DNA from: a virus
Taxonomy: Duplodnaviria; Caudoviricetes
Virus record (IMG/VR): IMGVR_UViG_3300042507_002545
Location: 1-64,000 of that record
Direction: 5' to 3' (one strand)
DNA length: 64,000 nt
Position 1 is the first letter of the stretch; each line of letters begins with the position of its first letter. Of this stretch, positions 9,720 through 19,489 are shown one piece after another. The position numbers and the translations under genes are program-made. The notes below the pieces were generated by a model that was not told the DNA's origin, ran no database searches, and saw only the letters and a list, made by a program, of their open reading frames with translations.

Positions 9720-11237
9720 TTATAAGGTTGTACCAGGATAATATGGTCCAGTTTCGCTAGATGAACCAGCTACCATTGTCATTCTAGTTTGATATGTAGT
9801 TGCGGTAGTTAAGCTACCAAATGTATGATTGTAAGCTATTCCTGTAGGAGGATTGTTAATTACAGTACTAGAAACAATTCCAGTAGTTGTGTTATTCCAT
9901 AACTCCAAGTAATAAGTTACAGGGCCTATGTACGTTGGAGTAAATGTAGCTCTAAGTTGTGTAGTTGATATTGGAGTAATAGTTAAAGCTGGAACAGCAT
10001 CTCCTGCTACAAATTGTGTAGGTCCTGCAAAACTACATTTTTGACCATCAGGTGTACTTAAGTTTAAACCATTAGGTAATTGAATAAAATATGCATTAGC
10101 ACCAACACAACCAGTGTTAAATGTACCAGGAGCTTCTACTGAAAAATCAATAGTTATACTTGTACCCATTAATGTAATTATGTCACTACCTGTAATATAA
10201 TTAAAATATACTCCATTACAATCTGTAATTCCAATACTTATAGTATTAGCTGTTAAACCAGCTGGAATACTACCTTGAAAGTCTATAGTTAATGTTGTTG
10301 TTCCTGGATCATAAGATGAGTTACTTAAATCAAGTATAGTTTGATTACAAGCATTACAGCAGTTTGTAACAACGTTATTTAATGCAGTACGCATATCACA
10401 TACAGTAATCCATAAGTTTTGTACCGCTGCAGCTAATGTATTAAAGTTACCACTTGATGCCGTAATCCAACCTGGGATAAGACCCATAGATGCATATGGT
10501 TGTGATAATGGAACAGCACTCTCTATACCTTGACATTGTTGAGCTAGTACATCATTAACAACAGTTTGTGCTATTGCACCATCACCTACCACAGCTGTTT
10601 TAAGATCACATAACTCAGCTTCCATTGTCTGCACAAAAGTTGCAATAGGAATATTTATAGATGGTGATAAACAACTAGTTGGAATAACAATTAAGGTAGC
10701 AGCAGTAGAACCTGATAAAATAAAAGTTTCTAATGATGTTACTCTACTATTTAAATTAATAACATCTGCTTCTAATGCTAATACTATATCAAAAAGTTCG
10801 CAAAACTTAATGCCAATAGCTATTGCGTATTCAGTAAGAGTCATTGTTGTTACTTGCTGACCAAATTGATTTGGATAATAAAAGCAAGGTGCAATAGAAA
10901 CAATGCAATTATCTGGACATAGAGGTACATCTGGATTAGTTCCAGTACCAGTAGATGCTTGCAGTTCACATAATGTATCTAATATAAATTGAATAAGATC
11001 ATGAATGCTTTCAGGCTTAGGGCAAATAGGAGGAAAACAAGATACATCAAATCCTGTAATATTTAGTTGGTCAACTAAAGTGCAAAGCTCTGTTGCTATC
11101 TTAAATGTAACATCAGAAATGCTATCACCTTTGCATAATGTAATGCATGGGATATCCGGCCCCTGCCAGATTACGCAGTTACTTGAAACAGGATTACATC
11201 CTGCTTGAGTATTAGTTGGTTGAATAGGAAGTGCCAT
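9720..11237 (-). CDS. Cys-rich fibre/virion protein with coiled coil and C-terminal FN3-like domain
   Basis: SSNCVIWQGPDIPC N-terminus, heptad segment, C-terminal FGSLTTATTYQTRM. Confidence 0.6.
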   Translation of the reverse strand: MALPIQPTNTQAGCNPVSSNCVIWQGPDIPCITLCKGDSISDVTFKIATELCTLVDQLNITGFDVSCFPPICPKPESIHDLIQFILDTLCELQASTGTGTNPDVPLCPDNCIVSIAPCFYYPNQFGQQVTTMTLTEYAIAIGIKFCELFDIVLALEADVINLNSRVTSLETFILSGSTAATLIVIPTSCLSPSINIPIATFVQTMEAELCDLKTAVVGDGAIAQTVVNDVLAQQCQGIESAVPLSQPYASMGLIPGWITASSGNFNTLAAAVQNLWITVCDMRTALNNVVTNCCNACNQTILDLSNSSYDPGTTTLTIDFQGSIPAGLTANTISIGITDCNGVYFNYITGSDIITLMGTSITIDFSVEAPGTFNTGCVGANAYFIQLPNGLNLSTPDGQKCSFAGPTQFVAGDAVPALTITPISTTQLRATFTPTYIGPVTYYLELWNNTTTGIVSSTVINNPPTGIAYNHTFGSLTTATTYQTRMTMVAGSSSETGPYYPGTTL

Positions 11238-11265
11238 ATGTATAATTTACAAAATTTTTATCTAA

Positions 11266-12585
11266 TTAACTAGGTTCTGGACAAATAACTGCTACAGGAG
11301 GTGTTGTAATAACACAAGCGGTAGCATCATATATCGCAGCTAAATCGTTTAACTCTTTCTTTATTAAGATTCTATCTTCATTAACTTCACAGTTTACGGC
11401 TATACCATACCTAATCTGCCTAAATATATTATAGTACGCATTGGCAAATTTTACATTGGTAGTCACATCACATTGAGAAGGTAGTTTATAGAATACTCTA
11501 TTTGGAGCAGGGATAATCCTGGTATATTTAGGAGGTTCCGGACCTAGGCAGCATAGGCAATCGTCATAGCCTGTTATCAAAGTAGCTTCTACAGCACCTA
11601 TACAATCTTTACTTAGACTTACTTGCCAACATCCAGGATACTCTTCTATAGTAATTACAGAATTAACATAGAATCCTAATTCACTATTAGTAATAATTTG
11701 TTGTTGAGTTTCGCAATTGGTTAAAACATAACATGTTTCTGGACAAGGTATTGCACCTAAATCTGTAACATCTGCTAAATCAATAACTACCGAGTTTAAT
11801 AAACAAGGTGCAGAATCTAAACAAGGATCAACGACTTCTTCACCTATACAGCAAATACTATCTACTAAATATGTTCCTGGATATTCAGGTAAATCTATAG
11901 TAATTGTATTACCCACATAAGAATCCCAAGTAGTATACTCAGGAGATGTATCTTCTCCAATATAAACAGTAATTGGATTACCTCCATCGCATGGTAATAA
12001 TACAGCACAACATGTTGGATCTGCTGGTGGGGCTGGTTCAAAACAAGGACCTTGTCCTAAGTTTTCATCAACAGTAGGTGGTATTACAAGTAATGATTGA
12101 TCTATACCGCATAAAGTGGCTGCAGGAACGCTACAACATACATCACTTAAATAGTATGTTCCAGAATAACCAGGTGTTGAAAATGTAAGTAACTGACCTT
12201 CTAGTGGTAACCATTCTAAATGTATAAACTGATTTTCTGTACCTAATCTTAAATATATAGGTTCCCCACCATTACATGGTATTAAAGTACCAACACAACT
12301 ATTAATTACGCAAGGTCCTGATATAACTGTTATATCATCTGAGGATGGTGCACTTGGATAAGGTCCTGCTGGAAAACCACTTAAACATGCTAACTCACAA
12401 CATATTGAACTTATGTAATACTCCGTACCTGAAACAAAAGGACTTGTTGTAGATGTAAAATGATCTCCAATTAAAGCTTCATAAAATAAAGGCACGGGAG
12501 TACCCTGTAATCCTAAATTTAAGATTATTGCATCCTCTACATCATTAGAGCCGCAGGGATATACTATTGCATAACAGATTACCAT
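11266..12585 (-). CDS. Cys-rich repeat virion protein
   Basis: Three PC.GG.PI...Y....CC repeats plus a CY.L.NC...EYPGCWQV repeat shared with the 874 aa neighbour. Confidence 0.6.
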   Translation of the reverse strand: MVICYAIVYPCGSNDVEDAIILNLGLQGTPVPLFYEALIGDHFTSTTSPFVSGTEYYISSICCELACLSGFPAGPYPSAPSSDDITVISGPCVINSCVGTLIPCNGGEPIYLRLGTENQFIHLEWLPLEGQLLTFSTPGYSGTYYLSDVCCSVPAATLCGIDQSLLVIPPTVDENLGQGPCFEPAPPADPTCCAVLLPCDGGNPITVYIGEDTSPEYTTWDSYVGNTITIDLPEYPGTYLVDSICCIGEEVVDPCLDSAPCLLNSVVIDLADVTDLGAIPCPETCYVLTNCETQQQIITNSELGFYVNSVITIEEYPGCWQVSLSKDCIGAVEATLITGYDDCLCCLGPEPPKYTRIIPAPNRVFYKLPSQCDVTTNVKFANAYYNIFRQIRYGIAVNCEVNEDRILIKKELNDLAAIYDATACVITTPPVAVICPEPS

Positions 12586-12588
12586 ATT

Positions 12589-15213
12589 TTATACGCATTG
12601 ATATTGAAAACAACATTCACAATCAGGATAACTTTGTACTATACTTACAGTAGTAAATTCTCCTACACAATTATAAGTTTCTAAAACAGTCCAGCATAAT
12701 CCTGGATATTCTGCTAACTCAACTACTAGACCTGCAACTTGACTTAAGTTTTGCTGAGTCATTATAAATACATCACCATTGTTACAGTTTGTAAGTTTGT
12801 AACAAGGATTAATTTCAATAGCTTCTTGACACTCTTGGCAGGTTGTAAATGTATCTGTAATGTTTAAATTTTCAATAGTAGTTTGACCATCGCAAGCTGA
12901 TGTTACTGTTACAAATAGACAAAGGGCAAGCCCTTCAAAAACAATAATGCTTCCTACATACTGAGCTAAGTTATCAAACCCTGAAGAGTTGGTATTTACA
13001 GTAGCGTATATAGTACCATCTGCACAATTTATTAAATCATAACAACAAGGATTATAGTCTGTACTTACACATTCACATTCTCCAGTTACTGTATTTAAAA
13101 CACAAGGATCATTGCATGATAAAGGTGGGGTTGTAACTGCACATAATAAACTTGTTCTAATTCCATCTACAATACCTGCATAATCTGCAAATTCTGTTTC
13201 ATAATAATCAGGAGTACCAGCTACATTATCGCTAGGGAATCTTAACCAGTTACCGCTACCAGGAGGTGAGTCAAATTCATATGACGCATCCCAATATTTA
13301 CAATTAGTTGCAGTAATTGAGCCATCTAAAAGCGCCCAATCATTTACATTAAATTTACAATAATCAGTAGGACCTGTGCCTGTAGGAGTAGCTCCAACAA
13401 GAGCATTTTTTGTAGTAGTTCTTTCATTTTGATTTCCTACTATAACAAGTGTAATATCTACAGCAGTTGTAACATCAATACCTGTACCATTTTTAATATC
13501 CTGAGCAAGGTCCATAGCATCAGTATACATTCTTCTTTTTCTTGCTGTAAAAACACTAGTATTAACTCCATTTGCTAAATCACTACTAGCATGGCAAATA
13601 TTTAAAGGTGGTGTAGAACCATCTACACCAACAACACCAAATAAAGTTACACAATCACCATCTGGAGTACTTGGAACTTGTGAATATCCGTTAAAGGTTC
13701 CCGTAGTAGGATCAGATTGATTTGGCCAACCATCTGTAATAAATAAGATTTTTTTTGCTGCAGAAGCTCTAGAATTTACACCTGTTACATTTTTATAGCC
13801 TTCTCGTAAACCTGCAAAATGATTAGTATTATTACCTACAACACCCATAGCATTTATGTTAGCTTTTAACATACCATTGCCTGTTCCAGATACCCATCCT
13901 CCAATTTGCAAAGGTAAACCAGCAGCGCCCGCAACAGGAGATGATGAACCAAAATACACAATACCTACTCTAACTTGATCTGTACTAATTCTATTTGTAT
14001 TACCAGCATCCTCAATGCTATCTATTATATTTTCTATAAATGCTTTATATAATGGATATTCAGTAGCCGTAATTGAACTTGATCTATCTATTACTATTGC
14101 TAAATCTAATAAACACGGTTCAGAGGGTGCTTCACATAAATCACTATCTGCATTATAAACATAACCATCGGGGCATACTGGTGTTGAACTCTCACAAAAT
14201 TGAGTATCGTTATTAAATATAAAACCTGGAGGACATCCACATGCTGGCTCAGTACCTATGGCTAGTCTACGAGGTTCACCAAATGTATCTGTTAAAGGGA
14301 TAGTATTTGTAAAAGAATCAGTTGTGCGAACTCCAAAGTTTGCTGTTGTAGGAATGTTATCAATAACAAGTCCTGATATAGTATTATAAAATTCCATATC
14401 AAATACACCATTAGTTAGATCTTGTATGGTATATACAGGAGTTGTTGTTACAAAGTTATCTGTAGTTAAATAAATATTAGTGTCATCTACAGTATAAAAA
14501 GTATCAGCTCCCACGTATGATAAAACAATTCGGGTACCAGTACCAAGTGGTGAAGGAAATGCAAAAGCTGAACTCCATGCACCACCTGTAGATGAGAAAA
14601 CACCGTTTATAGTTACTGCTAAAAATAAAGTACCACCATCATTAACATATATACCAAATGGCTCATTAACACCATCTACAGCTGCTCCGACAATAGCCCA
14701 TGATGTTCCAGCATCGTTACTATAATATACATTAGTATTAATAGAAACTACTACATCTACACCATTTGTACTATATACAGATCTTGTATTTGCTCCTGGA
14801 GGTAATCCTGAAATACTAGACGTAGTTCCTACACTAGAAAATGTAAGACCACCATCTGTTGATTTTGCAACTATATCTTGTGTAGTGCTTGCATAAATAA
14901 TATTTTCATCATTAGGAGAAATGCAGATTTTTCTAAAAATTTGTCCTGATGCTATACTTGATAACCATGTTCCTGTAGGTTGTGTAAATGTATTACCACC
15001 ATCAGTTGAATAAATTATTCCTTGAGCACCACCGCTAAGATATGTACCAATAGCAAATACAAAATTTGAATCTGTTTTTTTTGCTGCAATATCTTGAGCT
15101 ACAAGATAAGGTGTTAAAACAGATGTTCCGCATGGAACAATTGTTGCGCATAAATCATCACTATAACCAAGGTTATTAAGTTTGTTTAAGAGATATACTT
15201 TTATGCTTGACAT
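12589..15213 (-). CDS. Multidomain fibre/adhesin: BNR (Asp-box) propeller, Cys-rich linker, vWA domain and Cys-rich repeats
   Basis: Asp-boxes STDGGNTF, STDGGLTF, SNDAGTSW; CPPGF/CPDGY repeats; vWA MIDAS DRSSS...NTNH...LFITDG. Confidence 0.7.
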   Translation of the reverse strand: MSSIKVYLLNKLNNLGYSDDLCATIVPCGTSVLTPYLVAQDIAAKKTDSNFVFAIGTYLSGGAQGIIYSTDGGNTFTQPTGTWLSSIASGQIFRKICISPNDENIIYASTTQDIVAKSTDGGLTFSSVGTTSSISGLPPGANTRSVYSTNGVDVVVSINTNVYYSNDAGTSWAIVGAAVDGVNEPFGIYVNDGGTLFLAVTINGVFSSTGGAWSSAFAFPSPLGTGTRIVLSYVGADTFYTVDDTNIYLTTDNFVTTTPVYTIQDLTNGVFDMEFYNTISGLVIDNIPTTANFGVRTTDSFTNTIPLTDTFGEPRRLAIGTEPACGCPPGFIFNNDTQFCESSTPVCPDGYVYNADSDLCEAPSEPCLLDLAIVIDRSSSITATEYPLYKAFIENIIDSIEDAGNTNRISTDQVRVGIVYFGSSSPVAGAAGLPLQIGGWVSGTGNGMLKANINAMGVVGNNTNHFAGLREGYKNVTGVNSRASAAKKILFITDGWPNQSDPTTGTFNGYSQVPSTPDGDCVTLFGVVGVDGSTPPLNICHASSDLANGVNTSVFTARKRRMYTDAMDLAQDIKNGTGIDVTTAVDITLVIVGNQNERTTTKNALVGATPTGTGPTDYCKFNVNDWALLDGSITATNCKYWDASYEFDSPPGSGNWLRFPSDNVAGTPDYYETEFADYAGIVDGIRTSLLCAVTTPPLSCNDPCVLNTVTGECECVSTDYNPCCYDLINCADGTIYATVNTNSSGFDNLAQYVGSIIVFEGLALCLFVTVTSACDGQTTIENLNITDTFTTCQECQEAIEINPCYKLTNCNNGDVFIMTQQNLSQVAGLVVELAEYPGLCWTVLETYNCVGEFTTVSIVQSYPDCECCFQYQCV

Positions 15214-15224
15214 AGTTATACTAG

Positions 15225-15353
15225 TTATTTTTTAACTTCTTTCTTTTTAGTTTCATAGCTATGTACACATTTGGTACATACTTGTTTGCCATCTGGCGCT
15301 GTTCTCTTTTGGCAACCGCAACTTAGGGTTGCTCCACAATTTGCACATTTCAT
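15225..15353 (-). CDS. Small Cys-rich (Zn-ribbon-like) protein, 42 aa (not in ORF track)
   Basis: Manual translation MKCANCGATLSCGCQKRTAPDGKQVCTKCVHSYETKKKEVKK; preceded by the AAAACCAA leader used by other genes here. Confidence 0.7.
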   Translation of the reverse strand: MKCANCGATLSCGCQKRTAPDGKQVCTKCVHSYETKKKEVKK

Positions 15354-15374
15354 AATATGTTGGTTTTTAAATTA

Positions 15375-15932
15375 TTAACATGTACCACATCCACATCCGC
15401 AAGCTAACTTTTTAAGTTGAGCTGTTACATATGTGTATATTGCCATACCCTCTGTAGGATTATGACAATACTCTACTTTTGCTTTAGCTGCTTTTAGCAT
15501 TGTCGATAGGAGGTTTATTTCCCGCAACTTTTCTTTCATTGGTCCTACCGGCTCGCAGTTAGGAACATCTAGGCAACAAAGCAAGTTATTAATTTTATTT
15601 AATGCCTGAGATATACGTAGATGGTTGTACTCTACATATACCACTTCATTAGGCGCCACACTGTAGCGAATAACATATACACCATCTGGTATATCATTTC
15701 TATATGAATCACAGTTTGTAAGCTGTAATCCTAAATCACACGCAGTAAGGTTTACTGCAAACTCAGTACCCATATCTGTAATCTCTGCAGCTGTAGTAAA
15801 TCCAGGCGCAGTAATTTGCAACTTAGGACATTCTACAGGTACATTTTGGTTATAGGTAGTCATGTCTACTATACGTAGTAAACAGTTATTTAGAGTATCT
15901 GGAATTTCTAATGCTAATTGATGTTGTGCCAT
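15375..15932 (-). CDS. Conserved crAss-like virion protein (tail hub-like)
   Basis: LQITAPGF and IPDGVYVIRYSVAPN motifs; follows the auxiliary capsid gene. Confidence 0.55.
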   Translation of the reverse strand: MAQHQLALEIPDTLNNCLLRIVDMTTYNQNVPVECPKLQITAPGFTTAAEITDMGTEFAVNLTACDLGLQLTNCDSYRNDIPDGVYVIRYSVAPNEVVYVEYNHLRISQALNKINNLLCCLDVPNCEPVGPMKEKLREINLLSTMLKAAKAKVEYCHNPTEGMAIYTYVTAQLKKLACGCGCGTC

Positions 15933-15947
15933 TGTATTACTAAGTTA

Positions 15948-15955
15948 CAAAGATA
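15948..15955 (-). promoter_or_regulatory. Bacteroidota-type -7 promoter box (TATCTTTG)
   Basis: Matches TAnnTTTG, 16 nt upstream of the start at 15932 and just past a terminator. Confidence 0.55.
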
Positions 15956-15968
15956 TAGTGTAAAAATA

Positions 15969-16006
15969 AAAAAGAGGAGGGGATTTTTTATCCCACCCCT
16001 CTTTTT
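15969..16006 (-). terminator. Intrinsic terminator (possibly bidirectional)
   Basis: AAAAAGAGGAGGGGA...TCCCACCCCTCTTTTT inverted repeat with A/T tails on both sides. Confidence 0.7.
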
Positions 16007-16023
16007 ATAAGTTTTAGTTAAGA

Positions 16024-17376
16024 TTAGGCTGGTATAGTTTTAGGAGGTACTGGAGTGCAGTAGTCTGGGCAAGTATACTCAGTTAATCCTGTACAACCTG
16101 AACCTGCATTCTCCAACCATGCTGTTACAAAATCTTCAAAATCTGTATCGCGACCATCTGTTACAATTTCTAACAAGTACTGATCATTGTCAAATGTTCC
16201 AGTTGGGTTGTTGAAACGTGGCACATTGTGCTGGATATAGTAACGAGTATAGAATGATGTTCTGCTAATTGCATCATATACATCTGTACCGTTAGTAATC
16301 TCACGGATACGCAAGTCTTGACCAGTATAGAAAGGTTGTTGCATGTAACCTTCAGTTAAGATAAGGTCACGGATAACATTTTCTCCTGTTCCTTTTAATT
16401 GAAGTGCATCACAGCTATTGTATACACAAACTCCACCAAATGTACATGGATCACCATTGTTATCTACTTCAGAAGCATAAAGCTTAACTGGCTCTAAGAA
16501 AGCAATGATAGAATCATTTGGGTAGAAAGTACAATCTCCAAAACGAGTATCTTCATAAGCTCCAGTAATGATCAATCCTGCTAAAGTATCTTCAGGAGTA
16601 GCATTAGCTGGTAGAGCAGTTCCACCTAGTACATATGGAAGAAGGTTTTCAACCGATGCATTAGGGTTGTAGTTTGGTCCAAGAGTTGGATTAATAGCAG
16701 CAAGAGCATTCCATGTAGTTCCACCATCAGTTGAGTAAGTAACTGCAACTTGAATGAATGGGTTAATAAGTGGGCTATTCAACAAATCATATGCCCATTT
16801 AGAATAAACAATCAATGGGTTAACAGCTACTGGTGCAATTGAATCTTCTGGGCAACATCCAGTGTAAGCACTTGTAGTGTAGTAATCGTTACGAGTTAAG
16901 AAACGCAATGCTGGAGATCCTTTAATGTCTAAACGCAAATCGTAGTTTTCACCACAATAGAAAGTTTTGTCTACAACAGTTCCTGAGTTAGGATTACAAG
17001 GACCTTCTGTATCCCAGTTGTTTATGTTTGCACCAACTGTAATTTGAGCTTGTTGAGCAGGACAGTCATCAACAACATAGAAAGATGATACATACTTAGG
17101 GTTAATAGTCTTAGACTTTACAGTCTCAGAATATCCACCGTGGAATTTACCAATTTTGTCATTTGGGTGAATAGAAGTTGAAATTAACACTAGAGGACAA
17201 CTTGTAGTTGTTGGTCCCGCTAAGTCAGCTGGTGTTACCCAAGTCTTAGGATCCACAAAAGTAAATTGTCCAGCACGATTTTCTGGAGTAAATGCCGAAC
17301 TAGACAAACCTCCTGTTGTAGTAAACCCATCGGTTCCTACAAACATCTTTTGAAAGGCATGATTAAAATAAGCCAT
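16024..17376 (-). CDS. Probable auxiliary capsid protein
   Basis: 450 aa; VKSKTINPKYV motif; synteny after ring protein; shares its leader with the major capsid gene and is followed by a terminator. Confidence 0.6.
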   Translation of the reverse strand: MAYFNHAFQKMFVGTDGFTTTGGLSSSAFTPENRAGQFTFVDPKTWVTPADLAGPTTTSCPLVLISTSIHPNDKIGKFHGGYSETVKSKTINPKYVSSFYVVDDCPAQQAQITVGANINNWDTEGPCNPNSGTVVDKTFYCGENYDLRLDIKGSPALRFLTRNDYYTTSAYTGCCPEDSIAPVAVNPLIVYSKWAYDLLNSPLINPFIQVAVTYSTDGGTTWNALAAINPTLGPNYNPNASVENLLPYVLGGTALPANATPEDTLAGLIITGAYEDTRFGDCTFYPNDSIIAFLEPVKLYASEVDNNGDPCTFGGVCVYNSCDALQLKGTGENVIRDLILTEGYMQQPFYTGQDLRIREITNGTDVYDAISRTSFYTRYYIQHNVPRFNNPTGTFDNDQYLLEIVTDGRDTDFEDFVTAWLENAGSGCTGLTEYTCPDYCTPVPPKTIPA

Positions 17377-17441
17377 GTTTTTTTGTTTTTAAGGGTTATA
17401 AATATATATTTAATATAAGAAAAGTATTTCTACTTTCCAAA

Positions 17442-17945
17442 TTATTTTAAGAAAAGTAATTTGTACTTAGCTGAGTTTATAGCATCTTTAACTAAGTCTA
17501 GGTTATTAACTATCTCTGAATAAGGCATCATGCCTTGAAGTTTATTGATAGAATTATACATATCTCTAAGATAGGCCACCGCATCTGCTGCAGTATCTAA
17601 TGTGCGAATAGGCATATCTTTATAAGTTAAAAGCTTTTCAGTTGCTCCCTGATAACCTTCTACAAGAGTATCAGCATAACCATGTAGACCATCATAAAAA
17701 TCACCAAGAGCTTTATGAGCAGCATAAGAACCATCTCCCTTTATCTTTAGATGTAATCTATGAAAACTTACAGCAGCATTCATCATTTCTGTAGCGCAAG
17801 CTGCAGTCATGTTATCTAATGAGCTTCCTCCAACACCTGCATCAGAAGTAGGCATTGGTTTAGCAGCTTGTTCAACACTAGGTCTACTAAGCTTTTTAAT
17901 AGGCTCAGGATCTCTCTTTAATAAATTTCTTGGTTGTTCAGCCAT
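17442..17945 (-). CDS. Ferritin/Dps-like four-helix protein
   Basis: HRLHL...SYAAHKALGDFYD...DTLVEGYQG...KYKLLFLK pattern of phage Dps-like proteins. Confidence 0.75.
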   Translation of the reverse strand: MAEQPRNLLKRDPEPIKKLSRPSVEQAAKPMPTSDAGVGGSSLDNMTAACATEMMNAAVSFHRLHLKIKGDGSYAAHKALGDFYDGLHGYADTLVEGYQGATEKLLTYKDMPIRTLDTAADAVAYLRDMYNSINKLQGMMPYSEIVNNLDLVKDAINSAKYKLLFLK

Positions 17946-17947
17946 GA

Positions 17948-18652
17948 TTAATTGTTTTGTTCAGAAGCTGTAGACTCCCGAGTATATTGATTAAATGATT
18001 CTATATCTCCTGCAAGGATTGATGCTGCTGAATCTACAATTACCTCTACCACATCATCAGGAAATTCACATAACACTTCTTGAGTTGATGTTTGTAGAGT
18101 ATAAGGATCTGCACAACCTAAAATTTGGATTCTAGTTGGGTACTTATAGTAAGTATATTTAACGCTTTTTATTTCAAACTCATCATTAGTAAATACCTTG
18201 ATTTTGTTTTCCATCATAGTTGCAAAAGTCTCACGCCACTCAAAGCTAGGTTTACGTAAAAAATCATTTAGTAAAACACTAAGGTTAGCCTCTTCTGCTA
18301 AATATACCACCATATCTTTCTCCTCATTGCAACATTTGCTTACTGCTTTAACATCTATTCTTTTAAACTCCATCCAGTCATCTGGTAATACTTCGGTAAT
18401 AACATATTTATCACCATAAGTAAAAGCAAGATCTTCGGATTTAAGCATGATCATAAGATCACCAATCTTACGATTACTTTGCTCATCACCCTGTTTAAGA
18501 ATATTGTTACCAACAAGTTGACGGCGCACCCATTCTATTTGAGCTTTATTAAAAGCCTCAACTATTTGCCAACATTCAAAGTTGTCATAGTCTTGGCTAT
18601 CAAGCTTGTTGAGTCGCTCCTTAATCTTTATTTGTATGGTAGTATTGTTCAT
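17948..18652 (-). CDS. Head-tail ring protein
   Basis: LNKLDS...FNKAQIEW, LPDDW, YYKYP and CEFPD motifs; crAss-like synteny. Confidence 0.7.
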   Translation of the reverse strand: MNNTTIQIKIKERLNKLDSQDYDNFECWQIVEAFNKAQIEWVRRQLVGNNILKQGDEQSNRKIGDLMIMLKSEDLAFTYGDKYVITEVLPDDWMEFKRIDVKAVSKCCNEEKDMVVYLAEEANLSVLLNDFLRKPSFEWRETFATMMENKIKVFTNDEFEIKSVKYTYYKYPTRIQILGCADPYTLQTSTQEVLCEFPDDVVEVIVDSAASILAGDIESFNQYTRESTASEQNN

Positions 18653-18807
18653 TTCTTAGCACCGCCTTTTTTAGCGTAACCCATTTTATTTCTTACTGCA
18701 GTTGGAAGTTTAGATAGTCCCGGATTAGCACTAGGATTAACAGATTTAAGTTTAGAAGAACCACCAGATTTCATTTTAACTGAACCACAAGTTGCACACT
18801 TTTTCAT
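18649..18807 (-). CDS. Small basic protein, 52 aa
   Basis: Manual translation MKKCATCGSVKMKSGGSSKLKSVNPSANPGLSKLPTAVRNKMGYAKKGGAKK; ATGA overlap with the next gene. Confidence 0.7.
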   Translation of the reverse strand: MKKCATCGSVKMKSGGSSKLKSVNPSANPGLSKLPTAVRNKMGYAKKGGAKK

Positions 18808-18819
18808 ATCATTATAGTT

Positions 18820-19065
18820 TTAGCATTTCCATTTTCTAAGTGACTTATTAATCCTTGAGTTAGGATCATTAGCCGTTTTAGCACTAGTAAGCTTTTTCTT
18901 CATCCCGGACATTCTTGCGCAAAAGCTTTTCTTTCTAGGCCCACCCTCTGGTTGAGGTGCCTTAATATCATGACCTGCTGCTTTTAAAGAAGCACGTCCT
19001 TTAGCGTTAAGCCCTCCACTTGGAGACTTACCTTCTTTTCTTTGCCATGCTGGACTTTTTGCCAT
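18820..19065 (-). CDS. Small basic protein, 81 aa (DUF6321-like)
   Basis: Likely start MAKSPAWQRKEGK at 19065; GGLNAKGR...RKKSFCARMSG...SRINKSLRKWKC is a recurrent phage motif. Confidence 0.75.
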   Translation of the reverse strand: MAKSPAWQRKEGKSPSGGLNAKGRASLKAAGHDIKAPQPEGGPRKKSFCARMSGMKKKLTSAKTANDPNSRINKSLRKWKC

Positions 19066-19066
19066 A

Positions 19067-19216
19067 CTATTTCTTTTTAGCAGTCTTAGCAGACTGGGTA
19101 AAATCTTTTTTAGTAGGTGCACCTTTTGCTCCTACTTTACGCATCTTCTCACCGGAACCTGCGGCTATGCGAGCTCTTTTAGCATGAATGTTAGCGTATA
19201 ATCCTTGCTTTGCCAT
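19067..19216 (-). CDS. Small basic protein, 49 aa
   Basis: Manual translation MAKQGLYANIHAKRARIAAGSGEKMRKVGAKGAPTKKDFTQSAKTAKKK; 1 nt spacing to both neighbours. Confidence 0.75.
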   Translation of the reverse strand: MAKQGLYANIHAKRARIAAGSGEKMRKVGAKGAPTKKDFTQSAKTAKKK

Positions 19217-19217
19217 A

Positions 19218-19358
19218 CTATCTATTTTTAGCCATTTTTTTAAATGTCATTGCTAATGCTTTCCGTTTAGGGGTACATGTAGCTTTAGTCATAGGTGTAC
19301 AATAACCTTTATGTTTAGGATTAACAGCTTTTTGAATCCACTTTTTATCCTTTGCCAT
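19218..19358 (-). CDS. Small basic protein, 46 aa
   Basis: Manual translation MAKDKKWIQKAVNPKHKGYCTPMTKATCTPKRKALAMTFKKMAKNR. Confidence 0.7.
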   Translation of the reverse strand: MAKDKKWIQKAVNPKHKGYCTPMTKATCTPKRKALAMTFKKMAKNR

Positions 19359-19363
19359 AATGA

Positions 19364-19489
19364 TTATTTTTTACAACCACAACCAGATTTCTTGGAAGCC
19401 GTAGTACCACCTTTTTTATAAGTGGTACCATTGGGCTTGCCATATGAAATCATTTTCTTTTTTTGTTCAGGCGTTAATAAGGTGTTCAT
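19364..19489 (-). CDS. Small basic protein, 41 aa
   Basis: Manual translation MNTLLTPEQKKKMISYGKPNGTTYKKGGTTASKKSGCGCKK. Confidence 0.6.
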   Translation of the reverse strand: MNTLLTPEQKKKMISYGKPNGTTYKKGGTTASKKSGCGCKK

